A DNA stretch of 64,000 nt from the human T2T-CHM13v2.0 reference genome, Homo sapiens: assembly GCF_009914755.1 (NCBI RefSeq), contig NC_060937.1; one strand, 5' to 3'. Positions 1 through 12,908 of the stretch are shown in pieces. A program made the position numbers and the translations under genes. The notes below the pieces were generated by a model, which saw nothing but the letters and a program-made list of their open reading frames with translations, did no database searches and was not told where the DNA came from. Position 1 is the stretch's first letter. Each line of letters begins with the position of its first letter.

Positions 1-409
1 GTTAAGTCTGTTTACCCTACCTCCATTAACTAACCTTTGAGCTAGATGACCCTCTCAGGTGGATGTCGACCAGGCATACTGCCCCCTAATGGTATTTACT
101 TTAGACTGGGGTACCTGAGCTTTAATCATGCCTAGAACTACTCTCTTAACCATGTTAATTATCCGCAAGTGTCTTTACTCAAAGCTTCTGTTGTTAATTG
201 TATACCAAATAAATGCCTGGAGTGTGAGCTGCTCAGGGCCAGCCGCAGTGACAAACCTCTCTTGCTGTGCAGGCAGTCAGACACTCAGCTGGACTGGCAA
301 AACAGAATATCTGTGTGTCAGTGTACGTTTTATTCATCTGTCATTTGGGTCAGGGTCTGCAGGCAGACCCCCGCAGCTAATGCCCTCAAGTATGAGGAGC
401 AATACCTCA
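1..409 (+). mobile_element. 3' part of an LTR, probably LTR22 family (HERV-K22/HML-5), nested in the leader of the MER41-type internal region
   Basis: AATAAA near 209; tail GGGTCTGCAGGCAGACCCCCGCA resembles the recalled LTR22 3' end; MER4-group leader sequence resumes at ~410. Confidence 0.5.
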
Positions 410-3400
410 TGCTGGCAGCTGCCGGTGACAGAATTAGGCATGTACAGGATCATGGGACTTAGGGGGCTTTTTCCTCCCTGAAAAAGGAAACTTGAGAGCT
501 GATGGGATGGCTGGAAAAGATCCCTTCATGACCGACAAGGGACCGCCTGAAGATCCCTTCATGACTGACAAGGGATCACCTGAAATTTTGATTCAGTGTC
601 GGCCACAATGGGCATGTCTTTCTCTGGCTTCCCTGAGTGCCTCGCCTTCCCCACCCTGCCACAGACAATGCTTTTCTCCCTTCCCTTTCCTTTCTTTCTC
701 TGTGCAAACCAGTTGAACGCACGACAAAAATCATTGTTTATCTCCTCTATAAAGTTTTGGTTAATAGAAAAAAGGATTTGTGAGCCTAGTCTTAAGCTGT
801 AGTGAATCTGGTGTGCTTTGTGTGTCTTTCTGTATTGTTCTGTCATAAAGAGGGGTACCTTAGGATAGAACATGGCCTTAGAACCCATAAGCCTACTCTT
901 CAAGATGGCCTAGTAAACTGGTCAGTTATAAACTTTGCTGCAGATGCATGAAAAAAATAAACTGGATGGGGTTTCCCTCCTGTCTTCTATGTCCTTGGGA
1001 ACCATGTGGCCTTGCTTTCTCTTTTCACAATGGCAGCCCGGGTTCAGGGTTCAATTCCTGGCTTATGGAATGAGTCCTTTACCTGCTGAATGTCTGTGTA
1101 TTTGTATGTGTTGTGTGTGTGATATGAAAGAGCTTTGATTAATTGGTTTAAAAATAAGTGCTTAAATAAAATATTTTTTCAGAAAAGTAAAAAGTGTAAT
1201 GCCTTTTAGTTCACATGACTTTAGTAATCTTTGGGAAATAAAAACAGCCTTAAAGATTATTGGTAAAACAAAGACATTTGGTCTAAATTATGCAGTCAGA
1301 TATTAAGTTTGCTAAATGCTTTAAGGTCATAAACTGCTTCTTTGACTTTTGAAAATTGTTCAATTTATTTTGGAGCATTAGATTCTAGATAAGGCCTGGG
1401 AACATGTGAAATTAGCGTGCCCCCTATCTATGCAAAGAAGGTTATAAAGAAAAGAGATTTTATATAAGAAAGGATTTTGTATGGTAAATTCTTGTCCTAA
1501 AGTAAAATGACTGGTTGTTTAAAAAGAGGGATGTTTAGGACAAGTCAGAAAGTCAAAGCAGGTTGTAGATGGTCTGTGTACATTGTAAAAGAATTTATAA
1601 AGGGGATTTATGCAAGAAATGTACAATTTAAAGGTGATTAGGCCTCCTAAATGCTTCAAAAAAACACCACTATGACTCTTAAATGTACAGCTTGGTAAGG
1701 CCTGGGACACATGGAGTTAGACAACGGAAAGAATCAGACCTTATCTGCACTTCTGACTGGGTCCTAGGCTCCACACTAGTACATAATTAAACCCCTGAAC
1801 TTACCAAGGTTTTCACCAAAAGTAAAAGTCACTAAGAGTTAACATTGTAACATATAGTTAAGACTACTAAAGAAACAGTTCTATGTGTAAGGCATGTAAG
1901 GAAAGTGAAATGTGTTTTTGGTAAAAAAAAATATATATATATATATATAAACAGTCAAGGAAATGTGGATTTTTTTTGCCTAGATTAAAGGGTTAAAGTG
2001 TTGTTTTGAGTTAGGATAAAGCCAAAGGTTTGAACAAGTTGTAGAAGGTTTGTGAACAATTAATTGTAAAAGAGATTCCATGTGCCAACATATTAGCTAA
2101 AGCTAAAGGAGCATTCAGTTTTTCTGTAAATTAAACATTGAAGTAATCTTTTTTGACTTTTCGCTTAAAACCGTGCTGATCCTTTGTTTTGTTTTTCAAA
2201 GTCAAGGAAACTTAAGCTATTTACAGCTTTTGACAATTAAGTAAATTATACTCCTGTGAACAAAATTTGGAGCATATTTGTTTCTCTCTACCTGATTCCT
2301 CCAGAATTTGGAAACTATTTGTGAGTATCTTAAGGCAACATAGTGCAATAAGAATCTGTTTCTTTTGCAATAGGACACAATTGGAAAAACTGGTTATTTT
2401 TACCAAGGCTTTGACTGGAATGGTGTGTTTTCCTTTAAGGAATTAAACTTGACTTATAGATCCAATAAAAGCCCCTTGGGAAAACTGGCCTCACACCTTG
2501 TCTACACAGTCCCTGTACAGGTTTCCTGACCTGTGGTAAGTAAAGAATGTCACTTTCTAACAGGCCTAGGACCCCACCAAGTTATCTGGGAAAAGGCCTA
2601 AGAGCCCCAAGTTATCTGGGAACCTCAAGAGGAGAGGAAGTTACTCAACTCATAGGTATTTGAGGGTACAAATCCATGGCTCGGCTCTAAAAAAGTCTTA
2701 TCTAAGATTCCTTCTTATGGAACAGAGTTCCATCAAAGCCAATTTAAAAAGAGCTTATGTGAAAAATAATTATTCTTGCTGCACTTTATACAAATAATCA
2801 AGCCAAGTATAATAAACCAAATCAGTCTTACCATGATTTGTCTTTAGTGAAAAATGGGAAACTAGAGAGAGAAAAATTATGTTTCAAGAACTATGGTACA
2901 TTTGTTATTAAACTTTAGTCTCATCAGTTATTTTTGAGTTTTTTTCCTGTAATTTAGACTAGCCCTGCTTATTCCTATGAAGCAACCAGTGATCTCTGGC
3001 TGCTGCTTAGAAGAAACAAGAGGGATGGGTAATATAAAAATCTGGATCAATATTCTAATCCTGAGCATGTATTGGAATCATCTAGCAACCCCATATCAGC
3101 TTGGTTCCAATAGTTGCCCAGTTCATGGAAAGCCTTCTAATTTAGTTAACTTGAGATAATTTTGCTTATTTTGCTTTACTGTTGTGGAATATATTGTTGT
3201 ACTCTTTGTGTAGAAATGCAGGATAAGCGGCCGGGCGCGGTGGCTCACGCCTGTAATCCCAGCACTTTGGGAGGCCGAGGCGGGCAGATCACAAGGTCAG
3301 GAGATCGAGACTATCCTGGCCAATATCGTGAAACCTCAGCTCTACTAAAAATACAAAAATTAGCTTGACGTGGTGGCGTAATCCTAGCTACTCAGGAGGC

Positions 3401-3770
3401 TGAGGCAGGAGAATCACTTGAACTGGGGAGTCAGAGGTTGCAGTGAGCCAGGATCGCGCCACTGCAATCCAGCCTGGTGACAGACAGACTCCGTCTCAAA
3501 AACAAAAAAAAAAAAGCAGGATAAGCTTACCGAATGTTTTCTTAAATTAAACACTTATTCATCTTCTGGATATCACCTTTTGTTGGAACTCAGAGTTATG
3601 AGTGTCCCTCAACATACTTATGCTTTCTAAGCTCCTCTCTATCCTGAACACAAGAGACTTGGGAATATCATCGCCCCTACTCAGCCCAAAGAAGTAACAG
3701 AAAATGATGGATCTTCATCCCTCTGCAACCCTTAGGATTAAGGGTTTTGTTATTTAAAAAGCAGGGAAAA
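410..3770 (+). mobile_element. MER41/MER4-group non-coding ERV1 internal region
   Basis: AT-rich, no long ORF; blocks shared with the internal at 11521-16630 (e.g. ~2220-2900 vs ~15430-16070); ends in purine tract AAAAAGCAGGGAAAA directly before the MER41 LTR. Confidence 0.8.
3229..3515 (+). mobile_element. AluS (Sc-like) with small internal deletion
   Basis: GGCCGGGCGCGG start, A-tail, TSD GCAGGATAAGC on both sides. Confidence 0.95.
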
Positions 3771-4326
3771 TGTCAGAGGCATCTGGACTAGAGCAACTCC
3801 ATCTTGAATAGGGGCTGGGTAAAATGACGCTGAGACCTGCTGGGCCACGTTCCCAGGAGGTTAAGGCATTTTAAGTCACAGGATGAGATAGGAGATTGAC
3901 ACAAGATACAGGTCATAAAGACCTTGCTGATAAAACAGCTTGCAGTAAAGAAGCAGGCTAAAACCCAAACCAAAACCAAGATGATGATGAGAGTGACCAC
4001 TGGTCGTCCTCACTGCTACACCCTCACCAGCGCCATGACAGTTTACAAATGCCATGGCAACATCAGGAAGTTATACTATATGGTCTACAAAGGGGAGGCA
4101 TGAATAATCCACCCCTTGTTTGGCATACAATCAAGAAATAACCATAAAAATGGGCAACCAGCAGCTTTCAGGGCTGCTCTGTCTGTGGAGTAGCCATTCC
4201 TTTATTCCTCTACTTTCTTAATAAACTTACTTTCACTTTACTATACGGACTCACCGTGAATTCTTTCTTGCACAAGATCCAAGAACCCTCTCTTGAGATC
4301 TGGATTGGTACCCCTTTCCAGTAACA
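3771..4326 (+). mobile_element. MER41 LTR (MER41A-length), 3' LTR of the upstream internal
   Basis: TGTCAGAGGC...GAGCAACTCCATCTTGAATAGG start, AATAAA, ends GTAACA; 556 bp. Confidence 0.9.
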
Positions 4327-4575
4327 CCTAGAGTAGTCAGATTCATAGAGAAGGGAAATAGAATGTGGTTACCAAGAGCTGGGAGAGGGGAGGACGGGGA
4401 GTTGCTATTTAATAGGCACAGAGTTTCTGTTTGAGGGAATGGGGAAGTTCTAGAGGTGGGAAGTGATGTTTGCACAACATTGTGAATGTACTTAATGCCA
4501 CTCATTTTACACCTAAAGATGGTTAAAATTGTGAATTTTAGTTATGTATATTTTATCACAATTTTAAAAACTATA
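4327..4575 (+). mobile_element. L1MB-type 3' end
   Basis: Typical L1MB 3'UTR (…CACAACATTGTGAATGTACTTAATGCCACT…ATGGTTAAAAT…) with A-rich tail. Confidence 0.8.
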
Positions 4576-6426
4576 AAAAATTTTCTCTACTGAACATGTA
4601 CTATTTTTAATTTTTTTATTTATTAAATATATATTTTTTAATTAAAGTTGGCAATTTCAGAAACACTCTGGGAGCCCTGGGGCTGGGTCAGCCTGGCCTG
4701 CAGCACAGCCCCAATGGGCCCCAGGAAAGGTGTGGGTGCCCGGGTGCCTTCCCTTGGTCTGAGCACTGTTCTGTGTGCACTGAGGTCTGATGCACATGGG
4801 CCTCCCCAGTGGCTGTCAACCTTTTGCCTCCTGCATCTCGAACTCTGTGCCACCGTGTGTCCAAGAGAAAAATGAGACAGAAGAGGGGGCTCTGTGATAC
4901 CAGACATCTGGAAACTGACTCCAAAGGGCCTGTGCTGAGCAACATGGAGTTTTACAAACGACAGAAGCTATCTTGAGGACAGGGGACAAAAGCCAGGGAA
5001 GCCTTCCTGGGGTCCTCTACACCAGCCCTCAGGAGAGCAGGCATCCGCACACCTGCAGCATCCTGTGCACGCTCACACCATGTTCCTTCCACCCACCATC
5101 CACCAACACCACTGCTCCCAGAAACTCCCTTGGGAAGGTGAGCTTGTAGGTAATTTATGGTTTCTTTGCAGAATTTCCTGAAAATCTAAGTCCATTTACC
5201 TGCCTTCTCAGGACCAAAAATAGCAGCAATCTAGCCCAAATCCTCACCTCCCTGTGTCCCCTGACCCTAATATGTCCCAAACTTTCCCAATTCTAATCCA
5301 CCCCCACATCAAAAACTCACTCACTCAGGGTTCAACATATTCAATGACCACCACATTTGCCCTCTTTTCTGAGGCACTCCTCAGTCTCAGAATCCCCTTT
5401 ACTGGGGTATGTAATGAACTTGGCTTTGCCTTAACACCAAGCTGTTTTGGTGTGGTTTGGGGAGCCACCATCCCATCTGATACTCAACTGCTGTGGACAG
5501 ATACCTCTCGGCAAAGGGGCCGTTACAGAGTGTAGAGTCAGTGATCTTCCTACAAACTCTAAATCCTTTGGGATTTATGATGGTTAATAGGCAAGAATGA
5601 ACATATACTCATTTCTCCAACTTAACTGTTTTCCAATTCTTGTTCTTTTATTAAACAAACAAGCAAGGCAGGAAATTCCTCCTGTCTGAGGTTAATTTGA
5701 TCACCAGCATCAAAAACCTGCTGGGCCCAGCTCCAGCTGAGAGGATATGAGCACATTCTCTACCCCAGAGCAATTTCTGTGACTGCTTAGGGTATTTGCC
5801 TCCCTTTTCTTATGAACAGGACCAAATCCACCTAGAAAGAGGGAAGGGGTCTTTTGTGGTGCCACCTTAAGAGGACAAGAAACTCTTTCAGCACATCAGG
5901 TTACAAGTCTGATGGCCTCAGAGATTGGTCTGCCTGCAGTAACACCTCCCGGCCTTCCCTCCTGACCTGGATGGAGCCACCAGCCGCAGCGGGGTAAGAT
6001 TGAGAGTCCAAAGGCCCTAGGCCTTGTGAATGACTGACTCCATGCCAGGTACACATGCAGTCATCAGAGCACTGAAGGCGCTGCCCTCCTCTCCCACCCC
6101 TTGCCTGCCCTGGGCAAAGCTCACCCAACCTCTTGAACCCTCGGGAGGCCTCTTGGGAGCCAGTTTTCAGGGCCGGCTCTGGAGCTGCACCTGTGGCTGT
6201 CAGAGGAGGGAGGAACCAGACTGCCCACAGCTGCTCAGCCTGGCAGTGGAACTGTGAGAGTACAAGAGGTTCTCAGTGCAGCTGCGGCTACAACTGAGGC
6301 TGAGTAGAGCAGCCAGGAGCCTGGAGAGAGACCAGGTGGAGAGAATGAGAGAAGGTGCTAAGATGGATCTGATACTCCCTGGGCAGCCACAGACCTCCGA
6401 GCCTTTGCTTAATTCCTCACCCCCTT

Positions 6427-6751
6427 GGCAGGGCACAGTGGTTCACGCCTATAATCCCAGTGCTTTGGGAGGCCTAGATGGGAGGATCTGGGAGGATTGC
6501 TTGAGGCCAGGAGTTTGAGACCAGCCTGGGCAACACAGAGAGATCCCATCTATTTTTTTTAATGTTTTTAATTGACCAGTCATGGTGGCAGGCGCCTGTA
6601 GTCCCAGCTACTCAGTAGACTGTAGCAAGAAGATTGCTTGAGCCCAGGAATCCGAGGCTGCAATGAGCTATGATCACACTACTGCACTCCAGCCTGGGCA
6701 ACAGAGCAAGACCCTGTCCCAAAAAAAAAAAAGAAATAAAAGAAAAAGAAA
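6427..6751 (+). mobile_element. AluJ
   Basis: Dimeric Alu with J-type motifs (GCTTGAGCCCAGGA, GAGCTATGATC) and A-tail. Confidence 0.9.
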
Positions 6752-6926
6752 ACTCCTCTAGTGATCCTTAACCCAACAATTTCTTCTTTCTTCTTCCTAG
6801 ATTCCTCCCCCACCCTGGCTTGGCAAGATTCCAAGAGGCATCTGCCTTCAATCTGCCTTCATCTCCTACCCTGGCCTGGTCAGAGGCAGTTCCTCTCACT
6901 TCTTTCATTCTGTGGCATTTCCTCTC

Positions 6927-7100
6927 TGTATCAGTCAGGATCTAACCAAAAAAATAGAAACAACTTGTATATTAAAAACTGGAGACTGTAATTCAGGGCA
7001 CTGGTCACACAGGCGACAGAAGAGTCCAGCAGGCCGGCAGCTGATGAGGGTAAACCCGAGATTAGCATTTGCAGGGCGTGACCTCCACCCCTAGGGGCCA
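6927..7100 (-). mobile_element. Old ERVL LTR fragment (LTR33/LTR41-like)
   Basis: TGTATCAGTCAGGATC…GAGATTAGCA…CCACCCCTAGG motifs. Confidence 0.55.
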
Positions 7101-9404
7101 AGGTCACGGGTGAGAGTTAAGAGTCCCATCCATCCGCAAACTTCCCACTTCCCCTTGCCCACCCTCTGGTCTCCCCCAGGCCTCCCACTGGGCGACCCCA
7201 CAACCCAGGTTGTGAGATCAACCCCCTGCCCCACCACACTGTGCTCCCGTTGCTGAGCTGGTCGGTGCTAGGCACTTCACTTAGATTATCTCTGTAATGC
7301 TCACAACCACCTGCATGTTAGAGTTTTGTTCCACTGGTAGGAAGACACAGATAACCCCCAACCCACCCCCAAAATAAGAAGCAAGGTGAACCCAGGTCAA
7401 CTTGAATCTAAAACCTAGGCTGGCTGAGTCCTCCAGAGAACCCCAGTGACTCTGACTCGTCTTTGTCAAGACAGAACCGTAAGGCTCAACAAATGGCTAT
7501 GGAGCAAATCAGATTCTGAGTCTTTTAGTCGTGGCAGAGAAGGATTTGGACAGCTCCCGTCTAAGTGCTATCAAAAAAAGTTAAGCTCTAAAGTGCAGCC
7601 CCCATGGGAGGGGCTATATACTTCAGAGCCACCTCACTATAAAGCAGGTCCCAGAGCTCACCGGGGTGTGGGACAAACTCCCCAAATGATTCTTAGGCAT
7701 CCTGCAGTTTGGAATCCACAAAGGAAGAGGACCACTCCTAGTGAGAAAAGAGCACACAAAGACAATTCTTCCCCAGCCCTGAAGAAGGAAAAAGTGACAC
7801 CAGGAGGGTAACCCGCCCAGGGCCAGGACCCCCAGGAGCCTGGCGCGAGGCCCTGAGAAGCCAGAGGTGCTGAGGATGCATTCACGCATTGGGTCATTCA
7901 TCAGCAAAGATTCAACAAGCACCAAGATGCCAAGCACCGGGAATATAGCTGTGAGCAAGGCTGTGGCCCAGCTCTCATAAAACTTGCTGTCCAGTTTCTG
8001 CTGTCCCTGCTTCTCCTTTGAGGGCTTCTTGGGGACAAGGTGACCCCTCAGGGACATGTTGTGACAGCTGGAGAGGAGAGGAATGGGAGTAGCAAAAGTC
8101 AAGTACCTGGCCCCATAAGGAAGAGGAGCTGTGTGTGTTTGTGTGTTTGTGTGTGTGTCGCAGATCTATGTGTCTGTGCAACTCTTTGTTATCCTGAAAA
8201 CTAAAGAGAGTGCATGTGGAAATTAAACAAATTATGCAAATTATTTATATTGATAAACAGTACATATGTTTATATAGATTAACCAAAATTGCACACTATG
8301 ACACATTTCTAGACAATGCTTCATAACTAATAACCAAAGATGGAGATCATCAGCGAGGGAGTTGAACCCTGCACAGCCTCGGAGATGTGGGGTCTGTGCA
8401 ACCCTGGGATGCCCAGCAGTCACTCCCAAGTCACAGTCTGCATCTGTCTGTGGGTTCCCAGGTCCTGTCACTCTCAAACAGGGCTGTGATGAGGCCACTG
8501 GGAGTACAGACTGCCCCAGTCTATGCTGTCCCTCCCTGAAGGGGCTGTTGGAGGACTCTATATATCCCACTCTGTCCCCACGCTGGCTCCAGACCCAGCA
8601 CCACTCCCTGCCTCTCCGTCCTTTTGTCTCCCACTCTCTGGAGCCCCAGGACAGATGGAAACCAGCCAACCAAGCACAACAGAAAGGGGGCCCTTCCCTT
8701 TCTCTTTCCTCCCCTTTTTCCTTCCTCCTCCTTTCCTCTTTCTTTCATATTAGCATTTTAAAATAACACACTTTTATCTGATTACAAAACTAGTATGTAT
8801 CCATTGTAAAAACTCTGGAAGTTTTAGGAAAGCCAGAAAACTAAAAATCACATCATCCCACAGTGGGTTCATGGATTTTTCATCTTGATTTCATGTTCTG
8901 GCATATGTATATATGCCTTCTCCAAAAAGACCCACAATGCACAGGGTTTGGTTTTGAAACTGGCTTCTGTTACTTACAAATGTGCCATGGATGTGCTTTA
9001 TTTCAGATTACTGTCTACCATTCTTCAGCTTCTCTCTAAGTGGCTACATGGTGTTCTATGGTGTAGAGGCAGGAGGGTTTCTGTCATCAGTGCTGTCCTC
9101 AGCACCCTAGCACTTCCAGGGCCCTCCTTTCCATGCTACTTTCTGTCCCCCATTCTTCTAGAATGTCCATGAGCTGAGGGCAGGCCCTGGCGAGGAGGAG
9201 GGGCAGAGGATCCCCAAATGCCAGGATTCACTCATAGAGCTACACCTACAAAATGGAAAGATGCCTACTACACAACTTTAAAGTTGTGGCCTGTTATCAG
9301 CACCCACTGCTGTGGCATATTATGACTTCACAGTTTTAGAAATCCTGTGATTTTCTGTGAACACTACAGTTATCTTGTACTGCACATTTGCGTGTAGGTT
9401 AAAA

Positions 9405-10501
9405 TCTTTCATTTCTTACAACTCAATAGCCAAAAACAAAAACAAAAAAACCTAATAACCTAATTTTAAAATGGGCAAAGAACCTGGATAGACATTAGTC
9501 AAAAGAAGACATGCATATGACCAATGGGTATCTGAAAAGATGTCACTCATCATCAGAAAAATACAAATCAAAACCAGAATGAGATACCACCTCACACCTC
9601 TCAGGATGGCTTTTATCAAAAAAAAAGAAAAAAAGAAAAGAAAAAACAAAGACGATCGGTGTTGGCAAGGTTGTGGAGAAATTGGAACCCTGTATACTGT
9701 TGATGGAAATGCAAAATGGTATAGCTTCTATGGAAAAAGTATGGAGATTCCTCAAAAAATTAAAAATAGGACAACCATACAATCCAGCAATGCTACTTCT
9801 GGGTATTTATCCAAAAGAATTGAAATCAGAATCCTGAAGAGATTTCCACACTCCCATGTTCCCTGCAGCACTATTCACAACAGCCAAAATGTGGAAACAA
9901 CCTAAATGTCCATTGGCAGATAAATGGATAATGAATATATATACACATATATATGTCAAATATATATACATAAGGAAATCATGCAACATGCAACAATGTG
10001 GATGAACCTGAAAAACATTATGCTAAGAGAAATAAGGCAGTCACAGAAGGACAAATACTGTATGATTTCCCTTCTATGAGGTGGCTAAAATAGTCAAACT
10101 CCGGCCGGGTGCCGTAGTTCACACCTGTAATCCTGACACTTTGGGAAGCCGAGGTGGGTGGGTCGCTTGAGGTCAGGAGTTTGAGACTAGTCTGACCAGC
10201 ATGGTGAAACCCCGTCTCTACTAAAAACACAAATTAGCTGGGCATGGTGGCGCACACCTGTAGTCCCAGCTACTCAGGAGGCTGAGGCAGGAGAATTGCT
10301 TTAACCTGGGAGGCGGAGGTTGCAGTCAGCCAAGATCACGCCACTGTACTCCAGCCTGGGCAATGAGTGAGATTCTGTCTCAAAAAAAATAAAATAAAAT
10401 AGTCAAACTCATGGAAGCAAAGGATAGGATCATGGCTGCCAGGGGCTGGGGAGATGAGGAAAAGAAGAATTGCTAATCAACAGGTATAAAATTTGTTATA
10501 C
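9405..10501 (+). mobile_element. L1MA/L1MB ORF2 end and 3'UTR (continues at 17084-17240)
   Basis: Degenerate ORF2 peptide [23 protein letters not shown]…[12 protein letters not shown]; 3'UTR resumes after the LTR insertions. Confidence 0.9.
10103..10395 (+). mobile_element. AluS inside L1
   Basis: 15-bp TSD AAAATAGTCAAACTC. Confidence 0.95.
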
Positions 10502-11058
10502 TGTCAGACGCATTTGGACCACAGCAACTCCATCTTGAATAGGAGCTGGGTAAAATGAGGCTGAGACCTGCTGGGCTGCATTCCCAGGAAGTGAGACATT
10601 CTAAGTCACAGAATGAGATAGGAGGTTGGCACAAGATACAGGTCACAAAGACCTTGCTAATAAAACAGTCTGCAGCAAAGAGGTCAGCTAAAACCCACCA
10701 AAACCAAGATGGCGACGAGAATGACTTCTGGTCATCCTCACTGCTACACTCCCACCAGCACCATGACAGTTTGTTTACAAATGCCATGGCAACATCAAGA
10801 AGTTATCCTATATGGTCTAAAAAGGGGAGGCATGAATAATCCACCCCTTATTTACCATATAATGAAGAAATCACCATAAAAATGAGCAACCAGCAGCCCT
10901 CAGAGCTGCTCTGCCTATGGACTAGCCATTTTGTTATTCCTTTACTTTCCTAATAAACTTGCTTTCACTTTACTGTATGGATTCACCTTGATTTCTTTGT
11001 TGTGTGAGATCCAAGAACCCTCTCTTGGGGTCTGGATTGCGACCCTTTTTTGGTAAGA
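10502..11058 (+). mobile_element. MER41 solo LTR
   Basis: Colinear with the LTR at 3771-4326; inserted in L1 3'UTR. Confidence 0.9.
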
Positions 11059-12161
11059 AGTGTGAAAGAAAATATCTTGGGCCCCCAAAATCACGAAGGA
11101 AAACTCAAGCTGGGAACTGCTTAGGGCAAACTTGCCTCCCATTCTATTCAAAGTCACTCCTCTGCTCACTGAGATAGGTGCATATCTGATTTGCCTCCTT
11201 TGGAAAGACTAATCAGAAACTCAAAAGAATGTAACCACTTGTATATCACCCATCTGTGACCTAGAAGCTCCCTCCCTGCTTCCAGTCTTCCTGAGTTTGC
11301 TTCAAGTTGTCCCGCCTTTCCAGACCAAACCAATGTACTTCTTAGATATACTGATTGATGTCTCATGTCTCCCTCAATGTATAAAACCAAGCTGTGCCCT
11401 GACCACCTTCAGCACATGTCGTCAGGACTTCCTGAGGCTGTGACACGAGCACGTCCTCAACCTTGGCAAAATAAACTTTCTAAATTAACTGAGATCTGTC
11501 TTGAATTTTCGGGGTTCATATTTTGGTAACCATGGGGGGATTCTGAATGGAGATGCCCCTGACCTTTGACAAATCTCCTATCAATGCTTGGTACCAGCAT
11601 GAGCTAACTTTATGGCTCAAACCAATAGGACAATTTGCTGAGGTCTGAGGGCACCCCCTCCAGAGAATCCCTGTTCTCCCAAAATTAGGTTGAGATCTAA
11701 AGTTTATTTTGCTGTAAAACTCCTCATTATTATTATTATTTTGGAGTTTTACTTGCTTCCAACAGGAAAGTAAGTTTTCCTGCTTCCATGACGATGGAAG
11801 GGAGGTCACTCCTTTATGGAGTTTGAGCTTGCTTCCAACAGGGAAGATGAAGGTTTTTTCCCACTTCTAGGATGGTAGAGACCATTCTACAGCTGAGACC
11901 CATCACTAGGTAAAAAACTGGTTTGGGATTCTGTCTTGCAAATTCTTTTCAAACTACTCAAGTTAGCATTAACAACCAGCTCGTGTTCATTTCTGCTTAC
12001 ACTTAGACCGCTCAGAAATCATAATTTGTGTGATTATTGTTAGTTTAGCAGCATTTTGTCCTAGCTGAAATATGGTAATAAGATTAAAAAAAATTTTTTT
12101 TTTTTGTTAAAGGAGTTCAATAGCTAAAAGTCAGCTTAATTAAAAGGCTAACATCGAAGGG

Positions 12162-12164
<3 letters not shown>

Positions 12165-12205
<41 letters not shown>
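12165..12205. repeat. (TG)n microsatellite
   Basis: ~20 TG units. Confidence 0.95.
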
Positions 12206-12208
<3 letters not shown>

Positions 12209-12583
12209 CATGTTTGTATTTAAAAGGCCTTTGTATTTTGGGGGGATTTTTTGTTTTTCTCTCCTAAGACCTTGTCTTTTTTTTTGAGCCAAAGGTTTTT
12301 TTTTGTTTTTTTTTTCTCAGTTGAATGAATTCTGTTTCCACCTGATTTTTTGACTAAAACAGTTCTGCAACAGAGGACACTCTTGGGTTTTTAAGGAAGA
12401 ATGTAGTTTAGACACTCAGAAGTGTCTGTTTAAAAAAAGTGGGGGACTCTATGAATCTATAAAATGTACTTCCATCAGCAGGCCTAATACGTTTTTATAT
12501 GTATTTATGTGTTGGGTACAGAATGTTTCATTACTAAATATATATAAAAGAGCTCTAATTAATTGGCTTAAAGAAAAATAAAA

Positions 12584-12908
<325 letters not shown>

